Positions 44,314 to 55,480 of a stretch of DNA of 64,000 bases are shown piece by piece. The first letter of the stretch is position 1; each line of letters starts with the position of its first letter. The stretch lies in NCBI GenBank assembly GCA_025594325.1, contig JANHCV010000003.1, positions 1,240,001 through 1,304,000 of the forward strand. Direction: 5' to 3'. The notes beneath the pieces are model-generated. The model searched no databases and had not been told where the DNA came from. It saw only the letters and a program-made list of their open reading frames with translations. The position numbers were made by a program, and so were the translations under genes. Source of the DNA: Blastocladiella emersonii ATCC 22665. Its lineage: Eukaryota; Fungi; Blastocladiomycota.

Positions 44314-47300
44314 ACCCTTTCGACTCGAAGCACGATGAACCGGGCATCAGCTCTACGAGAGCAGCGCAGCGAGCAAGCGATGCGTGAGTGATCATCAGCT
44401 GATGAATGGGTGGGGTTGACGCGGCCAACCAGGAAAATACGTCCCATGCTGGACGACGACCTGCGCCACCGCCGCCGACATGACCACGACCACGACCACG
44501 ACGACGGCTTGGACTCGAACGTGCGCGCGCGGGTAGCTTGGGGATGTGAGTCGTCGGTTCGTGTCGCGCGCTCCGAGCTCGATCATGTCGCGGGTGATGA
44601 GCCATAGTTGATGCCATCCGCGGCCATGGCCACAGCGCGAGGCCACGAACACGTGCTGATGGGTTGGGCGATGGCGCGAGAGCGAAGCGTGGCGAGGCGG
44701 CGAGGTTGCCGAAACAGATGGGCGACGACGAGGAAGATGATCCGGACACGCTTGAGGAAGAGGAAGAGCGACGGTGGCGATACGATCGATCAACAACCCT
44801 TGTTGAGCGTGCAGCGCCTACTTGGAGGAACGTTCATGGTTCGCGCGCGCGTCAGTCCGCCGTATTCGCAACCACTAAGCGCAGAAGACATAAAGCGTAC
44901 CATCACGGAAACGAGTCGTTGTCGTCGTGAAGCACCGCTGGTCGCGGCGGCAGCGTCGAAGTTGGAGGCGAGTACGGGCGCGCGTGTGTGCGTGTTGAGC
45001 TTCTCGGTGAGCGCGAGCCGGCCCACGTTCAATGCTGCCGCTGGCCTTGAATGCGCGCGTGCTGGTTCTCGGGTCGTCGTGTGTTGCCAAGGAGCACGAC
45101 TCGCCGGAATCGAGAGTCATGGCGAGGATCTGGAGAAATTCAGCAACAGCAAGATGTGAGTGGTCGGTCATTGGTGATACTTTTTGTGGCGACCGACGAC
45201 GAAGCGACGACACATATCACGTACCATCCATGCAGGGCAATGTACGCCGCCCGCCGTCCAGGACTCGCGCCGCGCTGCGCGGTCAGTCGAGCGTCGTGCC
45301 GTACGTTGAGCGTGAGCGCTGAGTGTTGAACTTGAGCGTGGCCGACTTGACGCGTCGGCGTAGCGTGCTGCAGTAGTACTCGAGCGCGCGTGAGCAATGA
45401 GTGCATGACCACCACTACGAGACCATGAAAACTCGTACCGTCGCTCTGCTTGAGGCAAACCGTTGAGAGGAAGCGACCTTGCTGCGAGAACTGGGCAAGA
45501 GACACGAGGAGCAGTTGATGGTCGCGGAACAGCCGGCCGACGCCGCGGCCAGCACGCCCGAGCGCGAGCTTGATGTCATTGCTGCTACGCGGAAGCCGCC
45601 GACCCAGGTCAGTGTTGAGCCGAGTGACGGATCCTTTGCAAACACGCGCTTACCGCCACCAAACTGCTGCTGCCGTACCGGGATCTACGCGATCCGCGTC
45701 GAGCTTGACCTGCATCGCGGCACCCGGATCGCCTCGGCGAGCGCGTGTTCGCGTTTTCGTTGCCATCGAGCAACATGGCGGACCGGCTGGACTGGGAGCC
45801 GGGCGAGCGAACAGTCCGTCAAGAAATCGAGGCCGTGACGCGAAATAAACTGGACAACTGGATGACGAGCGCAAAGCGACGCGTTTTCGATGAGAGCGCA
45901 GCGAGTAAGGGAAGGGACGCGTACCGTTCTGACTCGAGGAGGAGGTGGAGCCGCCAAAAGTCTTCTTGACGTCGTTGTAGGTGGTCTGGAACGATGCGCG
46001 TCGCGTCAGCAGACGTCGGGAAGCGTGCCTTTGGCGTACCGGAAGTAGCAAAGACGCCGCCGAACATGTCCACGGGAGGCCGTATACATGGCGGGCTGGC
46101 TGTCTCCTAGAGCCGAGCGACGCGTCATTTCCTGTGATGCGGTAGCCGATCCGTAGCATACCTTCGTTGTGGCACCCGAAAAACCGTAATGGGCCGTGCT
46201 GCTTGCTCCTGCGACAGAGAGTAGTTTTCGAGGTGCATCGATTTGGAGCGCTGGCGAGGCGGGAGCACGACTCGGATAGACGCGATGGTCATCATGGCCG
46301 CGATGGCCGTCCAAACGTCGAGAATGGCCGGACTGTTGAGAGCGCTCGGTCACGACACGCGGTAGGTTTCTAGAGTAGCGCGGCGAGCGAGCGAGCAAGT
46401 AGCGTGAGCGAACATCCGTGTCCGCGCGGATGAGGGACCCAGAGCGACGACACGTCCCAGGTTGACGATGACCTGCTGCATCCCCGCCACTGCCGCCCGC
46501 CGCCGACTCGAACTGGATTGCGTCGCGACCCGGTCCGACATGCTCGACGGCAGCTAGGGCCACTGCGCGCGAGTGTCTCCGGTACGAGTCCTGCAGGCTG
46601 GCCCACTGTTGCTAATCGCTGGCGGTCGTTGACTGAGCGAGGTCCGAGACCCGAGGCGCGTCTTGCGGCGGTAGTCGTAGCGTCAACCTCGCCCTGGATT
46701 CGAGTGACGCGTCATGTGAGTCTGCGGATGGCGATGGACTCCTTTTGCGTACCGTACATCAGCCACCACTCGCGCTCGGCTTGCACTCAGGCGCGCGAGC
46801 TCGAGCACGAGCTCGGGGATGGCGGCGACCAGCTTGAGCTGCCTGCCTACTGGCGCTTGCCGATCGGCCCGCGGCCAGCGACCGACCCGGTTCATGGCCA
46901 TGACCATGGCCATGGTCGCGCCCTGGAGCTCGATCAGCGAGTTCTCGAACGAGTGCCGACCTACTTCTTGAGCGCGATCTGGCCCACGCCGATGCCGACC
47001 TTGAGCGCGTGCGTGCAGGTTCTCGGTCGTCGTGCGTTGTCGCGAACGAACGCCAGCTGTTGGATCGACTGGCACGACGATGTTCTGGTGAATGGAAGCG
47101 TCGAGAGGTGAGTGATCATCAGTGTGATGTTCCGTGGCGACCGACGAAACGACACGTCCCGTGTCAGGCAATGTACGCCGCCCGCCGACTTGAACTCGCG
47201 CGTCAGGGTCGAGCTACATGCCGTACGCTGATTGATCGTGAGCGTGGTCGCCTTGACGCGTCGTAGCAGCGCAGTTGAGCGACTCGAGCTTGAGCTCGTG

Positions 47301-49681
47301 CGCATGCGGAACCGCCAAAGTTAGCACGGCCGAGAGGTAATTGGAGTCGCTTCTACACGAGATTCGACGCGCTCATGTCAGTACAGGCCGTTTCGTGCGA
47401 GGTGCATCGAGCATCCGCGTACCCGCACCCAACTCCTCGCAATCACTTCGCGCTCCACGCCGAGCCTGACCTGCCGCTTGGCGGACAGATCACTCGGCAA
47501 GGGCGTGTGCGCGCCCGCGACGACGCATACGCGGCGAGGGCGTCGAGAGTGAGAACACGTACCGCGCTGATCCGTGTCGCGCGCGGCTGATGTTGGGACC
47601 GAACACGACACGAAGCGTGCTGAGTCCGGTTGCAGGTAGTCGTGGGCTCAGCTCGGATCGGCTCGGCTGGCCATGCCCAGGATCTCCTTGACGTCGTCGC
47701 CATCTGGACGGACACGCCCTGCGTCAGCAGACATCTCGTCGCGTGCGCTTGACGTACTGGACGGACACGGCTGAAACCCCAACGGCGCTTGAAGAGTGTG
47801 TCGCGACGGCCGGCCGGTCGGCATACACGTGCGGACGCGCGGGTCAGGTTCAGGTCCGAGCGGCAGCCTTGAACGACTGCATGCCGGCGTTGCGCAGCAG
47901 CCGGTGCAGTGTGCAAGACTGGAGTGCTCGAGGTTACGGCGGCGTCGCGCTGCCTGTGCCACTCGTCGCGCGACAGACGATCCGTGTTAACACGGGACCC
48001 GGGGTCGGAGCCCGGCTAAACTGAACCGGCGGTCCGCCTGCGCAGGTTGGCACGAGTGCACCCGGGTACGTGGCGCGAGCCCGTCGAGCGGTTACGGGCG
48101 GTATTGCATCAGCACGTGGCGGAAGGCGGGGCGGTCGATGGCATCGCAAAAGGAGTCAAAGCATGATGTGGCAAGAGAACAAGCTGTTCGACGCGCCGAC
48201 GTATCGACGCATCGACGCGTCGCGTTTCGGGAGGCAAGTGTGGTCGACGTGTGCGTGCGCGCGTCTCCCGCGGCCGCGGCTGCGAGACAAAACGTGACCA
48301 TGGCGTGATTCCGCGACGCGACGAGTTTCACCTCGCGCCACCCCAGCAGCGAGTGCAAATGCGTTCCATTCGGTCGGCAACCCCGAGTTACCGCACGCCC
48401 TCGCGCCGTGGTGCAAAGCAGAAGAGGGATTGGACCTCGGCGCGTGCTGCCGACGCGTTGCGCCACATGGCATCACTGTGCGCTGAGCGTGGCGGACCGC
48501 ACTCCCACCCCCTCGAGCGACGGCGGTCCCCTCTCCCCCGAGCCTTCGTCTCGCCGGCGCGTTCACAGGCGTCCCAGGGGCACCATGTACCGCATAAGCT
48601 TGCGCGACTACCCGCAACGGCACTTGCACGGCGGCACCGACGGTCTGCTGCCTCCTCGGAGTGCCCGTGACACTGAGTGTCGGTTCGAGTCGCTGCGCCG
48701 CACTCGATCGGCTGCCGTCTCCTAGTGCGACGCGCTCTGGAGTGCGCTGGCACTGCCGAACGAGGAGATCTAGCGCCGAGGGAGCGCCGCGAACCTTCTC
48801 TATCGCAGTTCCGACGGGCGCGCTCGCCACCGCTTCTTGTCCTCCACGGAACCGCCAGCATCTTCATCCCATTCACCTTCATGCTGGTCACGACCGACCG
48901 ACTGAGCACGGCAATCATCTCACAGATCCCGTCCTCCTCGACCCGCCGCGGGCGACCTGCCCAGCGACCCGACCGCTCTGCGTCGCCAGCGGGCTCAAAC
49001 GAGGCCCGTCTTACATGTTGCTGCATGAATTCCGAGCCAAAGAGAGACCCAGCGAGCGATTCAACTGCAACGCCATGTCGTCCGAGGACGCGTCCTGATG
49101 CAACGCGCACGCTGTTGCCCCCTCTGTCGCGCGCGCTCTGTGCGAACGCCGACTGCGCGTTGGCTCACGCGATCGCCGTGCACCTCCTTCTCGAGTTGCT
49201 CGCAAACCATGCCTGAGCGCTGCTCAGATGCGCGGTGAACTGACTCCTCGAGGCGAGCCGACTTGTTTGAGCGGCGCGTCGAGCCGGCGGTCGCTGCTCT
49301 CCTCTATGCTGCTCTGCCACCCACGAATCGCATGGAAACCGACCGTCACTTGCCGCATCTCGTCTTTCGGCTGCTTTGCACGCCGTCGTCGCCACGAGCG
49401 ACCAAGGCCCGGCGGTGGGTCCGTCCCGCGGTTGCACCTCCTCGCTTCGCAGGGTACGCTCTGGCACCAAGCGTCGGCGGACGAGTCAGTGCTTGCTCTC
49501 TCATGCGACAGCACCGCTGCGAGCGCAACAAGTCTCGGAACTTGAGCGTGAGCGGAAACCTGGTGGGCAAGGGACTCGGCAAAGTTGGTTGGCGAGGGAG
49601 ACTGGTTCGATCGAGACTAGCAGGCTTTTTTCGAGATCGAGCTTCAATTCAGTCAAAGGGAGGAATTGTATTCATCTCAGC

Positions 49682-50836
49682 TTACCACGCCCATCCAGGG
49701 ATCGTCGAGATATACTGAGCTGGCGATGCGCGCTGGCGGCGGTGGCTGCTCCCGCGGCACATGGCCGTGAAGGGGTCCATCATCATCATCTCGATAGCGG
49801 TGGCCTCCTGCTGCTGGCGACGTTGGCGTTCGGCGGTCAGGGCACGGCGGTACTCGCGCTCCTCGCGCTCCCGCTCGATCTGCAACTCGCGGCGGCGCTG
49901 GCGCTCGAGCTCGCGGACGTACTCGGCGTACTGGCGTTCGCGCTCTTGCGCGGCCGCGAGCTCCATGGCGCGCTGGCGACAGCGGCGGCGGCGCTCCATC
50001 TCTTCCCGCTCGCGCGCGGCGGTCACGGCGGCAGCGTGCTGACGCTGAGCGGTGGTTGCGGGATGATGAGGGCGATCGCGGTCGGCACGGGAGGTGCACG
50101 GGCGGGGCGAGTCGGGGCTGCCGAAGAGGGCGCTGAGCATGCCGAAGGCGTTCATGGTCGGCGAGTTGGGCTGCGACGAGAACTTGCGCGTCTTGGTAGC
50201 GGGTGCTTGACGCGCGGCGAGGTTCTCCTTGGGCGAGGCGTCCTCGTCAGCAGATTCGTCGTTGTCGTCGCTGCTCGAAGCGTCCAAGTCCGAGACGGAG
50301 TCGTAGTCGTCGGCCTCACTGCCGGGCAGGCTCATCTGCTCATAGGCGTTGGCGTCAATGGCGACCGACTCGACGTCCGAGTCCGTGGCGTTGGCCGAGA
50401 CGGGCGAGCGCGGCTCCAAACTTGACGAAGACGAGGACGAGGTCGTGGACACGGGCGACGGCGGCACCTCGACCTCCTCGAGCAACGGGCCCGAGACGAC
50501 GCGCGCGCGCCAGCTGGCAATCGAGGCCGCGTCCGAGTCGCTCATGTCGTCGCCCACGACGCTGAAGACCAGCGGCGCGCGACCCAGCTGCTCGGCCGTT
50601 TGCAAGGCCTCGCGGAGCTCGTCCGTGGTCGACAGCGAGATGACGTCGCCGTCCTCGTCCGTGTACGTGATCTCGAGGGAGCTGGTCGAGGCGCGCGTGT
50701 GCGGGAACAAGCGGTGGACCGTGGCGAGGAACGTGGGCCAGTCGACGGTGTGCGGCACACGGACGCGGCGCAGGGTGCCGTGCGCGCGCAGCTTGACGAC
50801 GTAAGTGCTCGGCGAGTAGGGGATGGTCGGGGCCAT
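49682..50836 (-). CDS. PB1-domain protein, right-arm copy
   Basis: Translation identical to 22427-23581. Confidence 0.88.
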   Translation of the reverse strand: MAPTIPYSPSTYVVKLRAHGTLRRVRVPHTVDWPTFLATVHRLFPHTRASTSSLEITYTDEDGDVISLSTTDELREALQTAEQLGRAPLVFSVVGDDMSDSDAASIASWRARVVSGPLLEEVEVPPSPVSTTSSSSSSSLEPRSPVSANATDSDVESVAIDANAYEQMSLPGSEADDYDSVSDLDASSSDDNDESADEDASPKENLAARQAPATKTRKFSSQPNSPTMNAFGMLSALFGSPDSPRPCTSRADRDRPHHPATTAQRQHAAAVTAAREREEMERRRRCRQRAMELAAAQERERQYAEYVRELERQRRRELQIEREREEREYRRALTAERQRRQQQEATAIEMMMMDPFTAMCRGSSHRRQRASPAQYISTIPGWAW

Positions 50837-51104
50837 GGTGGTGGTACTGTTGGCCGGTGTGATGGTCGTCAGTCGCTGCGTTGCTGTGATGAGCTCTGAT
50901 CCAGTCGAGGTAGGTCGGGGGACCGCCTCGCTTTATAGATCTCGGCCATGGCGACGGCTTCTGATGACGCGGTGGCCGTGGATGGCCATGGATGTGAAGT
51001 GAACGGGGCGGTGAAGGTCGGCGAAGGCCGCAGAAGCGCGCGGAACGGCCTCGACTCGTCGCCGCCCTTCTCACCTCCTCTGCTCGCTGACCAACTTCCA
51101 ACCC

Positions 51105-51681
51105 ATGAATTCGTCACACCATGCATCAGCACGAGCGCCAGGGTGTCCGTCGTGCCGCGCACCGGCGTCCGACCTCGAGGAAGCCGACCCGCAGGTCGTT
51201 TGCACGGCATGCGGGGTTGTGCGCAACGAGAGCATGCTGACGGCCGAGGCCGACCAGGGCGTCTTCGTCGCCGGCTTTGAAAGCACGAAATACGGCGCGC
51301 CGTCGCGTTCTGGCCAAGGCACCGACGACGATCACGAGCGACACCAGCCCGCCATGCACGAGTTCCGCGGCACCATGCTCTTGCTCGGGCTCGATTGCGC
51401 GGACAAGGACCCAGCGATCGTGGCAGTGCGCGTGATCGCCGCCGTGGTCACGGTCGGTGGGCCCACGCACGTCGTCGACGGCGTCAACATCGTACTTGCG
51501 CGGCACGCGAGCCGGTTCTGTCGGGTTGCCGTATGTGCTCTTGAGTCGTACGCGCCGCTCCCTGCGCCGCTTGTCCTGGCGGTCAGCGCGTGTGCACCGT
51601 GACCCTGCTCTGACTGTTACTCGCTGGACCCGTGGGCGAACATGCGCGCCGTGTTGCTTCGATGACGTCTTGCGTGTCTCG
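51105..51681 (+). pseudogene. BRF1/TFIIB-like relic, right-arm copy
   Basis: Mirror of 21582-22158. Confidence 0.5.
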
Positions 51682-52723
51682 GCGCCAGCTTTGTCTTGTC
51701 GGACGCGTACATGGACACGGCGTTGATCTCAGAGCTGCGACACGACGATGGAAGGCTGCGCTCGCTTGCCGCTGCTCTTATCTTACCGCCGTTGAACCAG
51801 GAGAAGCGCGAGTTTCGCCTCGCAAGCAGATCGTGCCTCGAAAGAGAATTCGTCATGAAAGGGCGCCTTGAAGTGTGAAGGCCGCGAGACTCTGTTGAGA
51901 ACCTGATCCTCTTGGCGTCGAACGGCGGCTCCCGCACTACTTTTGACCTTGCCGTCCCCGGACACGCACGCTCAGCGTTACTTTTTCTCGATTCCGCACC
52001 ATGGTGCGCACGACAGAGCCCGACCCGAGGGTGAGCTTACGCTGGGTTGAAGGATCATCATCGCGGCTGTCTCGGGCTGCCGCGCTCGACCCCCTGCGTG
52101 CGAGCATCAGAAGCTAATAATTGATGCTTTCTTGGCGGCTCAAGCGCGTGTGAAGAGCACGAGCGGCGATGATCGATTGGAGGACGTAAAGTAGCAACGC
52201 AGTGGTCGAGCAGAGCACATCGGCTTGAGCTCGACCACGAAAACGAAAACTGCGAGGAGACGGACGTAAAGCAGCAACGTAAGAAGATGGCTCAGAGATT
52301 TGGTAGCGTGGACCTCGAGAAACAAGGTGGTTGGGAGCGCCACGCACGATCCTGTCCCCCGCGCCCGGCCAGGCGAGACGAGGTGCCCGCGAAGGCGCCA
52401 TCGCCCCGACGGCCGTCCGGGGGAGTCGCAAACACTCTTCAATCAGCGCCATGGTAGTTTTACAGAAGAATCTGGGAACAAGTCTGGGCGGGCGGGGGAA
52501 CGCCGGCGTTTTGTTGCCCTGCACGGTGGGCAGGAAGTGGCGCGTGTTGACTCAGTCATCCGGTATCACGCCCACCGCTGCCACGGCGCCGTGGGACTCA
52601 CCGCCTGCTTCACGTCGCGGCCCGCGTGCCCGATGCTCCTCGACCCGCGAGACATCCTATGCATCGCTGAATGAAACCGTCACCAACTTCTTGCATTCTG
52701 TAAACCTCTCAGCGTCTCCAACC

Positions 52724-54896
52724 ATGTCTGGCCATCTTCGGCCAAAAGGCTTTCTCAAGCGGATCCAGATGGAAATCCAGCGTCTCACGGACGAGCCCGC
52801 CGAGGGTGTCGTGTGCTGGCCTCGCGATGAAGACAGCATGGATTCGGTTGCGAACGGGGATACACCCTCTGGCTTTTGGTTTGACGCTGGTACTCGGGGA
52901 ACGCCTACGTCACGCTTGCGGGCCACCCGCTAACTATGCGATGGATCGCGTAGTTATCACCCCGCCCAACGACACGCCGTACAGCGGAGGCCAGTTCAAG
53001 CTCGAGTGCTGCCTGAACCGAGAGTACGCTTGTTTTGCACCTGTTGCACTACGCACACCCGCGCTGACCTCAACCTACCATTCTCGTAGCTACCCTTTCA
53101 GCCCGCCGTTCGTCAAGTTTATCACGCGCGTCTACCACCCGAACATCGATGCCAACGGCCGCATCTGCATCGAGATCCTCAAGGAGGGCTCTGAATTCGG
53201 TCGCTGGCGTTCAACGAGCAATCTTCGCATGGCCCTCTCTCAAATCCGGCAGCTTCTCGCCGAGCCGAACCCGAGCGATCCGCTTGAGTCGCAGATTGTA
53301 CGCCTTGGTCGCATCGATCTCTTAAGCGGTCATTTACCTTTCTTTTTTGTGTAGGCGAGCGAGCTCCTGAACAATCCGGCCCGTTTCGCCGAGAAGGCGC
53401 GCGAGATGACTCTCATGCATGCGCGTTTGGCCTCTTCTACGGCGGACGCGCTGCCAGCAACTCGCTCGACGGCCTCCACTTCGCGTGCGGCATCGAGTGC
53501 ATCACCGAATATCGCAGCCTCGGCTCTGGCCGGCTCCTCTGCCGTCCCGGCGTCTTCTACGACATCCGCTGGATCCCCACCCCCTTCCATTGCTTCCGCT
53601 TCCAAATCGCCGAGCTCTCTATCGCTTGCGCCAACGTCCGCTCCCCTTCTCGCCAGGCCTTCGACCTCGCTCCTTGGCACGAGCTCGAGCGGACTTGGTC
53701 GCCCTGCTGCTGCGGTTCGCCCACTCGGCCAAGGTCTCGGTCTCGGCCAGAGCCGACCAGGACTTGGTGGGATCGGGTCGTCCACGTTTGGCGCGGGTTC
53801 TCTCGGCATCGGCAATCGTTCAATTAACTCTGGTTTTGGCGCATCATCGTCAGTCGCACGTCCGACTGCGCCCGCGTCTCTCCTTCCCGCCCGCACTGCT
53901 TCCCCGTCCGTGTCCACTCCGAAACCATCGCCGTCCACCGCCGCAAAACCTTCGCCTGCTCTCGAACCCGCTTCAGCTGCTTCCCCAGCAGCAACCCCGA
54001 ATCCCGAACCTGCTGCCCCAGCGGATCCCGCGCCCCGGCCGTCCAAGAAGCGTGCCGCAGTCGATCTTCCCCCTGCTCCTGCGCCCGCATCCAAGGTCGC
54101 CAAGACCGCCGACGCACCTGCTCCCCTCCTCGACGCTCGTATCGAGTCCGCAATTTCGGTCCCCGCGCCGGCGCCCGTCCTCGCTCCCGCGGCAGCTCAA
54201 ACCGTGGCATCGGCACCGGCTCGTCGTCCCGCTTCCGTCTCTGCCTCGACCGACCCCGCCAAGAAGCCCGCGTCCGCAACCGCTCCCGGCTCTGCGCGTT
54301 CGTCAGTGCCCGCCCCTCCTTCGCTCACCGCCTCGACGGCAAAGCTTCCCCCTCGCTCGCAGACGGCTCCTTCCGGGTCGCTTTCCGCGACCGCTTCGCT
54401 TCCCGCAGCGCCACTGTCGGTCGCTCCAAGCAGCCCGCCGCCCGCCGCGTCGAACGCGTCGCCGTCCGCGTCCGTCAAGGCGGCGGATCCGTCCGCACCC
54501 GCCGCCAAGCCCGCCGGGCCCGCCAAGATGCCCTCGCTGGGTATCGGTCGGAGTCTCGGTCTCGGCGGCGGAGCTGGCGGCAGTGGCATTGGTCTCGGAC
54601 GGTCCGGGTTCACGTCAGCCATGCCCTCGCTCTCAGGATCGCGCCACGGTAGTCTCGGCGGGATCGGAGGCCTTCGGCCGGGCGGGTTGCCGGTGCTCGG
54701 GCAGGGCGGCGGCATTGGCGGGATCGGGCAGCGCAACCCGCTGCAGAGTCTCGGCAGCGGGGTCTTGGGCGCGAACCGGGCGGGCTCGCTGCTCTCGGGT
54801 ATCACCAACAGCAGCAGCGGGAGCGCGGGGTCGAGCGGCTCCGGGTCGAGCATCTTTGGCGGCAAGGGCGGCCTGTTCACGAAGAAGTCGTCGTAA
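52724..54896 (+). CDS. UBE2T: UBE2T-like ubiquitin-conjugating enzyme with long Ser/Pro/Ala/Gly-rich tail; 3 introns (first 52890-52953)
   Basis: KRIQMEIQRLTDEPAEGVVCWP; spliced WFDA/VITPPNDTPYSGGQFKL; YPFSPPFVKFITRVYHPNIDANGRICIEILK; LLAEPNPSDPL; ELLNNPARFAEKAREMT. E2 family secure; UBE2T subfamily by resemblance. Confidence 0.8.
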
Positions 54897-54935
54897 GCGA
54901 TGAGCAATACATGCAATAGTTTGACCATTCGGTGC

Positions 54936-54962
54936 GACGCGACGCGACGCAACGCGACGCGT
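54936..54962. promoter_or_regulatory. (GACGC)x5 array ending in ACGCGT (MCB-like) upstream of NUP205
   Basis: GACGC GACGC GACGC AACGC GACGC GT in the intergenic region. Confidence 0.35.
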
Positions 54963-55480
54963 CTCATGTCTCGCAGGCCGTGAATAGGCATGGCAGGTGG
55001 GTCCGCGTGACCACGAAAACGAGGCGAAAATCGGCTCGTCGCGCGAGTTCGCATCGTGGCCAAGTCACTCGGCCGGCCATTCCCCCCTCCATCGCCGCTG
55101 CCGCGACGACCATCCCCACCTCTGCCCGCCGACTCGGTGCATCCGCCAGCGACGCACCAGCGCGAGAGGTACGCTCGGTCTCGGCCCGGTTGGACGAGCT
55201 CGCGCATGGCTGATCCGCTCACTCCTGCGTCACTCGGCAACTAGTTCTGCTCTGCCCTCTCCCTGCAAGCGGCACTTCTCACCATCCTCGGCTTGATCCT
55301 CTCGTCAAGCGGTCAGTCTGGGTACGTCGCCCTGCTCGGCCACCCGGATTCATCAGTCGCTCACGTTGATCGTCATCCCCGTGCAGATCTGCGCCAGCTT
55401 GAGCTCGTCCTCCTTGCTCGCTGTGCGTTTCCGGTCCTCTGTCGCTGCTGCCGCCTCCGCCTACCGTGACCGCTGCCGCC

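Larger units (their letters stand above)
37689..52526 (-). repeat. Right arm (14,838 bp) of giant inverted repeat
   Basis: Reverse complement of 20737-35574. Homopolymer lengths also match (T7/T9 near 33503-33524 vs A9/A7 near 39739-39760). Confidence 0.97.

Noticed and set aside
20737-52526. Whole 31.8-kb structure as one giant transposon or virus (Maverick/Starship/foldback) with long TIRs
   Set aside because: No target-site duplication at the outer junctions and no integrase, tyrosine recombinase, polB or capsid gene; the arms contain ordinary host-type genes.
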